IMG/VR virus record: IMGVR_UViG_3300014658_000001
Span: 1-60,653 of that record
DNA length: 60,653 nt
Direction: 5' to 3' (one strand)
Origin: a virus
Lineage: Duplodnaviria; Caudoviricetes
Shown: positions 58,170 through 60,653 of the stretch, in pieces
How positions within the stretch are numbered: position 1 is the stretch's first letter
Layout of the letters: each line of letters begins with the position of its first letter
Notes under the pieces: model-generated
Databases searched by the model: none
The model's input: the letters and a program-made list of their open reading frames with translations, nothing else
What the model was told of the DNA's origin: nothing
Made by a program: the position numbers and the translations under genes

Positions 58170-60026
58170 CTATTCCGGTTTCTTAGCGCTATCTTCCGGC
58201 AAAACGCACCTGAACATAGATTTACCTGCCTGAATAGTCTCAACTCCAAGCTTTTCCCGTGCCCTGCGGAACGTCGCGTTGCTGATCTGCGCATCCGACA
58301 TCAGCTGGCTGAGCTGCTTGTACGGCATCGAGCCGTTGGCGAGCTGTGCCAGGATGATCTTCTTGGCTTCCCCGAGCTTGGTTGTCCCATCCCCGTTTCC
58401 TTCCGCCTCCCCGAAGACCTGATTCGGAGAGCCCGCTACCCGCTTGCCCCACGCAACCTGCAATCCGTATACCCCGGGATTGCTTTCCAACTCAACATTC
58501 TCCACCCGGTACTCGAAGCTGTGATCTTCAGGCGCGAATTGAGTTTTAACCGCACCGAACAACCTGCCGCCGGTATCCTTGTTATCGTCCAACACCTTGA
58601 TGCAGGCATACGTACCCCGGGGCACGGCTCCCATAGCCCTGGAGCCCATGATGCGATCCAGCGGGTCATTCCCCCGGGAGCCCTTGGTAAAGTGAGTCAC
58701 TCCGAAAATAGCCGCCCCGGTGCGTTGGACAAAATCCAACAGCGGCTCCAGCTGCTGACGCACCTCTGAATCGTTGTGCGAGTCCTTGGTGATCGCGTTC
58801 GAAACCGAATCGATGATGACCAGCTTCACATTCCCAATCGCCACACAGGCTTTTATCAGCGCTTCCATGTCGTGAGCAGGGGAAAACCGGCGCTGTTTTC
58901 CTTTAACCTTGAACCCGGAAACGAAATACATGCGGCTGAAGTCCCCGCCGTTGGCGAGCAACCGCGGCCGCAGCGTCGTCTCGATCTCATCCTCCCCTGA
59001 CCACATGACGACATTACCGCGTCGGGCCCGGGTGCCGTCCGGCCAGCTTCCGCCCCGGGTGATCGTGGCTGCAAAAGACAACATCAGACAGGTCTTGTTG
59101 ACCCCGGGCACGCCTCCCACAATGTGGTAAACCCCTTTCTCAATGTGGCCTTCCCAGATCCACCCACGCACCCGCACTTCACCCGAATTGGACAATACGA
59201 CTTCACCGGTAGGCTTGTCCGCCTCGTCCGTCTCATCGGTCGACAGGTGCGCTTTCTTGCGCGCGATATACAACACCTTGGATTTGCCATCCGTTGTCTG
59301 GTACGGCGGCTCGCAGTGCTCCAGGTCATACTTGAGCAACGCCGCTCCAACCTCTTTCGTAGACATGCCCATGCGATGGTAGTAATACGCCCGGCGGGAC
59401 AACGCATCGCTGCGCGCGCCTTCGGAGTACTTGCGGGTGTCCTTGCTGTCCGTCGGCTCATTGGGCTCATCGCTCGTCGCTGCCGCAGACCCGGAAGTTG
59501 AGACACACTCTTTCTCAAGCCAACCCGGCAGTTCTCCCGGCTCCCCAACCGCGACCCCACCGTGTGCAGGCCACCACACGATGTAGCCCCCCTCACCCCG
59601 CACGTCGATGCCGGCGGATACCTCCCCTGCGCTGTTGCGGATCGCCTGTCCGTTCATGCGATACAGCAGGTGCTTGCCGCGACGGGTCCCGTGCAGCCTG
59701 TGGACCCCTAAGCGCCCCTGGTGCTCGCGGTACCAGTCCCGACCGTCAGGGTCCACGTCAATGGCCACCAGACCGCTTGCCGCGCCCGTAGGCACGCCGA
59801 TCAGGGCCTCGGGGGTACCCTTCCACCACTGGAGCACCCTGGAGCGCTCCTGAGAGGCCTCCTTGAACCCGTGCTTCGTCAACGGTCTTTTTGTGACGGG
59901 ATCGCACGGAAATACGGGGTAGTCCTCCGCGACCGCCAAAGCGGCCCGTTGAGCGCTACTCAGCCCGTTGACATCATTTTCAGTGTGTGATTGACGCCCG
60001 ACCCGCTCATCGGATATTTTTCGCAT
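58170..60026 (-). CDS. Bifunctional primase-polymerase fused to AAA_25/RepA-like helicase
   Basis: YPVFPC..KRPL..GFKEAS..IGVPTG..AIDVD..GKHLLY..IDVRGEGGYIV; GVPGVNKT Walker A variant, SGED, LVIIDS, HFTK, GSRA; start could be 60083. Confidence 0.9.
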   Translation of the reverse strand: MRKISDERVGRQSHTENDVNGLSSAQRAALAVAEDYPVFPCDPVTKRPLTKHGFKEASQERSRVLQWWKGTPEALIGVPTGAASGLVAIDVDPDGRDWYREHQGRLGVHRLHGTRRGKHLLYRMNGQAIRNSAGEVSAGIDVRGEGGYIVWWPAHGGVAVGEPGELPGWLEKECVSTSGSAAATSDEPNEPTDSKDTRKYSEGARSDALSRRAYYYHRMGMSTKEVGAALLKYDLEHCEPPYQTTDGKSKVLYIARKKAHLSTDETDEADKPTGEVVLSNSGEVRVRGWIWEGHIEKGVYHIVGGVPGVNKTCLMLSFAATITRGGSWPDGTRARRGNVVMWSGEDEIETTLRPRLLANGGDFSRMYFVSGFKVKGKQRRFSPAHDMEALIKACVAIGNVKLVIIDSVSNAITKDSHNDSEVRQQLEPLLDFVQRTGAAIFGVTHFTKGSRGNDPLDRIMGSRAMGAVPRGTYACIKVLDDNKDTGGRLFGAVKTQFAPEDHSFEYRVENVELESNPGVYGLQVAWGKRVAGSPNQVFGEAEGNGDGTTKLGEAKKIILAQLANGSMPYKQLSQLMSDAQISNATFRRAREKLGVETIQAGKSMFRCVLPEDSAKKPE

Positions 60027-60137
60027 GTTTCTTGTCGTCCGCGATAGAGGGAGCCCGCTGGCGTTGGTCCACTGGCGGGTCATCCCTTCACAAAATTGTA
60101 AAAACGTTGCGACGCTACGCTTGAGATTATTGGAACG

Positions 60138-60509
60138 TCAAGACAGCTTGATCAGCCGTCGCGTCCTGGGCGCACACGCACTTTCCGCACAGGCATTGTC
60201 CAAGTGCGAGACCAACACCTGAAAGCACGCTTTCGTCATGTTGTTTTTGTCACAGAACGCCGCGAGGGATTTCACCGCACTGGAGTAAGCCGGGCGCTCA
60301 GCATCCAGGCGCTCGGTGACGCTTTCAGAGTAACCCTCTGTACGCTGCGCTTTCCTGATCGGCTTTTCATACCCGCACGTGCACCCCGCAGGGATGAATC
60401 CGTGGCCCGTCGTAGAGCCGTGGTCAGCTTCACTGCTGCCGCAGTGACACCAGTCAGGGTCTATTCGATTCCTGCAGCTCGGACAACGCTCGATGCGACG
60501 TACGGTCAC
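60138..60509 (-). CDS. Cys/His-rich hypothetical protein
   Basis: CPSC..IDPDWCHCG..H..HGFIPAGCTCGY. Confidence 0.6.
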   Translation of the reverse strand: MTVRRIERCPSCRNRIDPDWCHCGSSEADHGSTTGHGFIPAGCTCGYEKPIRKAQRTEGYSESVTERLDAERPAYSSAVKSLAAFCDKNNMTKACFQVLVSHLDNACAESACAPRTRRLIKLS

Positions 60510-60530
60510 TCTAACACCCGTCGCTTGGCC

Positions 60531-60653
60531 GCCAGATACTCCCGTACGATCACCCGGTAGTGAATGAGCCCGCGGGCGCTGCCTTTCTTGCGCTTGGTCC
60601 CTAAGATGTGCGCACGATATCGTCGCATCACGTGCCGCGGGTCAGGGTGCGGA
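60531..60653. repeat. Terminal direct repeat copy 2 (circular-assembly overlap)
   Basis: Identical to 1-123; implies a unit genome of 60,530 bp. Confidence 0.97.

Overview
The window is an apparently complete, circularly assembled ~60.5-kb tailed dsDNA phage genome. Bases 1-123 recur exactly at 60531-60653 and one ORF reads through the join. The gene set is podovirus-like (portal, tail tubular/nozzle proteins, ejection proteins, no tape measure, tube or sheath). The host is probably a proteobacterium (inference). Two arms diverge from a promoter/operator switch near 350-435 and converge near 17100. The + arm carries small early genes (ParB-like, RMF-like, KTSC, CsrA-like, J-domain) and a replication/recombination module (UDG-fused family A DNA polymerase, PD-(D/E)XK nuclease, AAA_24 ATPase, DUF669-like SSB, SNF2-like helicase, VRR-NUC-like nuclease). 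The - arm carries an HTH regulator, a primase-polymerase/helicase followed by an iteron-rich putative origin, TerS, ~7 kb of accessory genes, TerL, portal, GroES, scaffold, major capsid, lysis, tail and ejection genes. No integrase or CRISPR was seen. Most unusual observations: (1) an intact HNH endonuclease overprinted in the +1 frame inside a stop-free insertion in the polymerase, with no intein or intron signature; (2) a circularly permuted tRNA-like RNA with its own promoter; (3) about 20 [YFMH]-A-x-G-G-x-V-type motifs across virion proteins alongside a JAB/MPN metalloprotease in the tail module; (4) a Ser-X dipeptide repeat gene varying at essentially one base per hexamer; (5) a free-standing EndoVII-type endonuclease preceded by a degenerate copy of the capsid 3' end; (6) several structured intergenic RNAs and two candidate nucleotide-sponge anti-defence proteins. 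All family assignments come from motif recognition by eye, not database searches.
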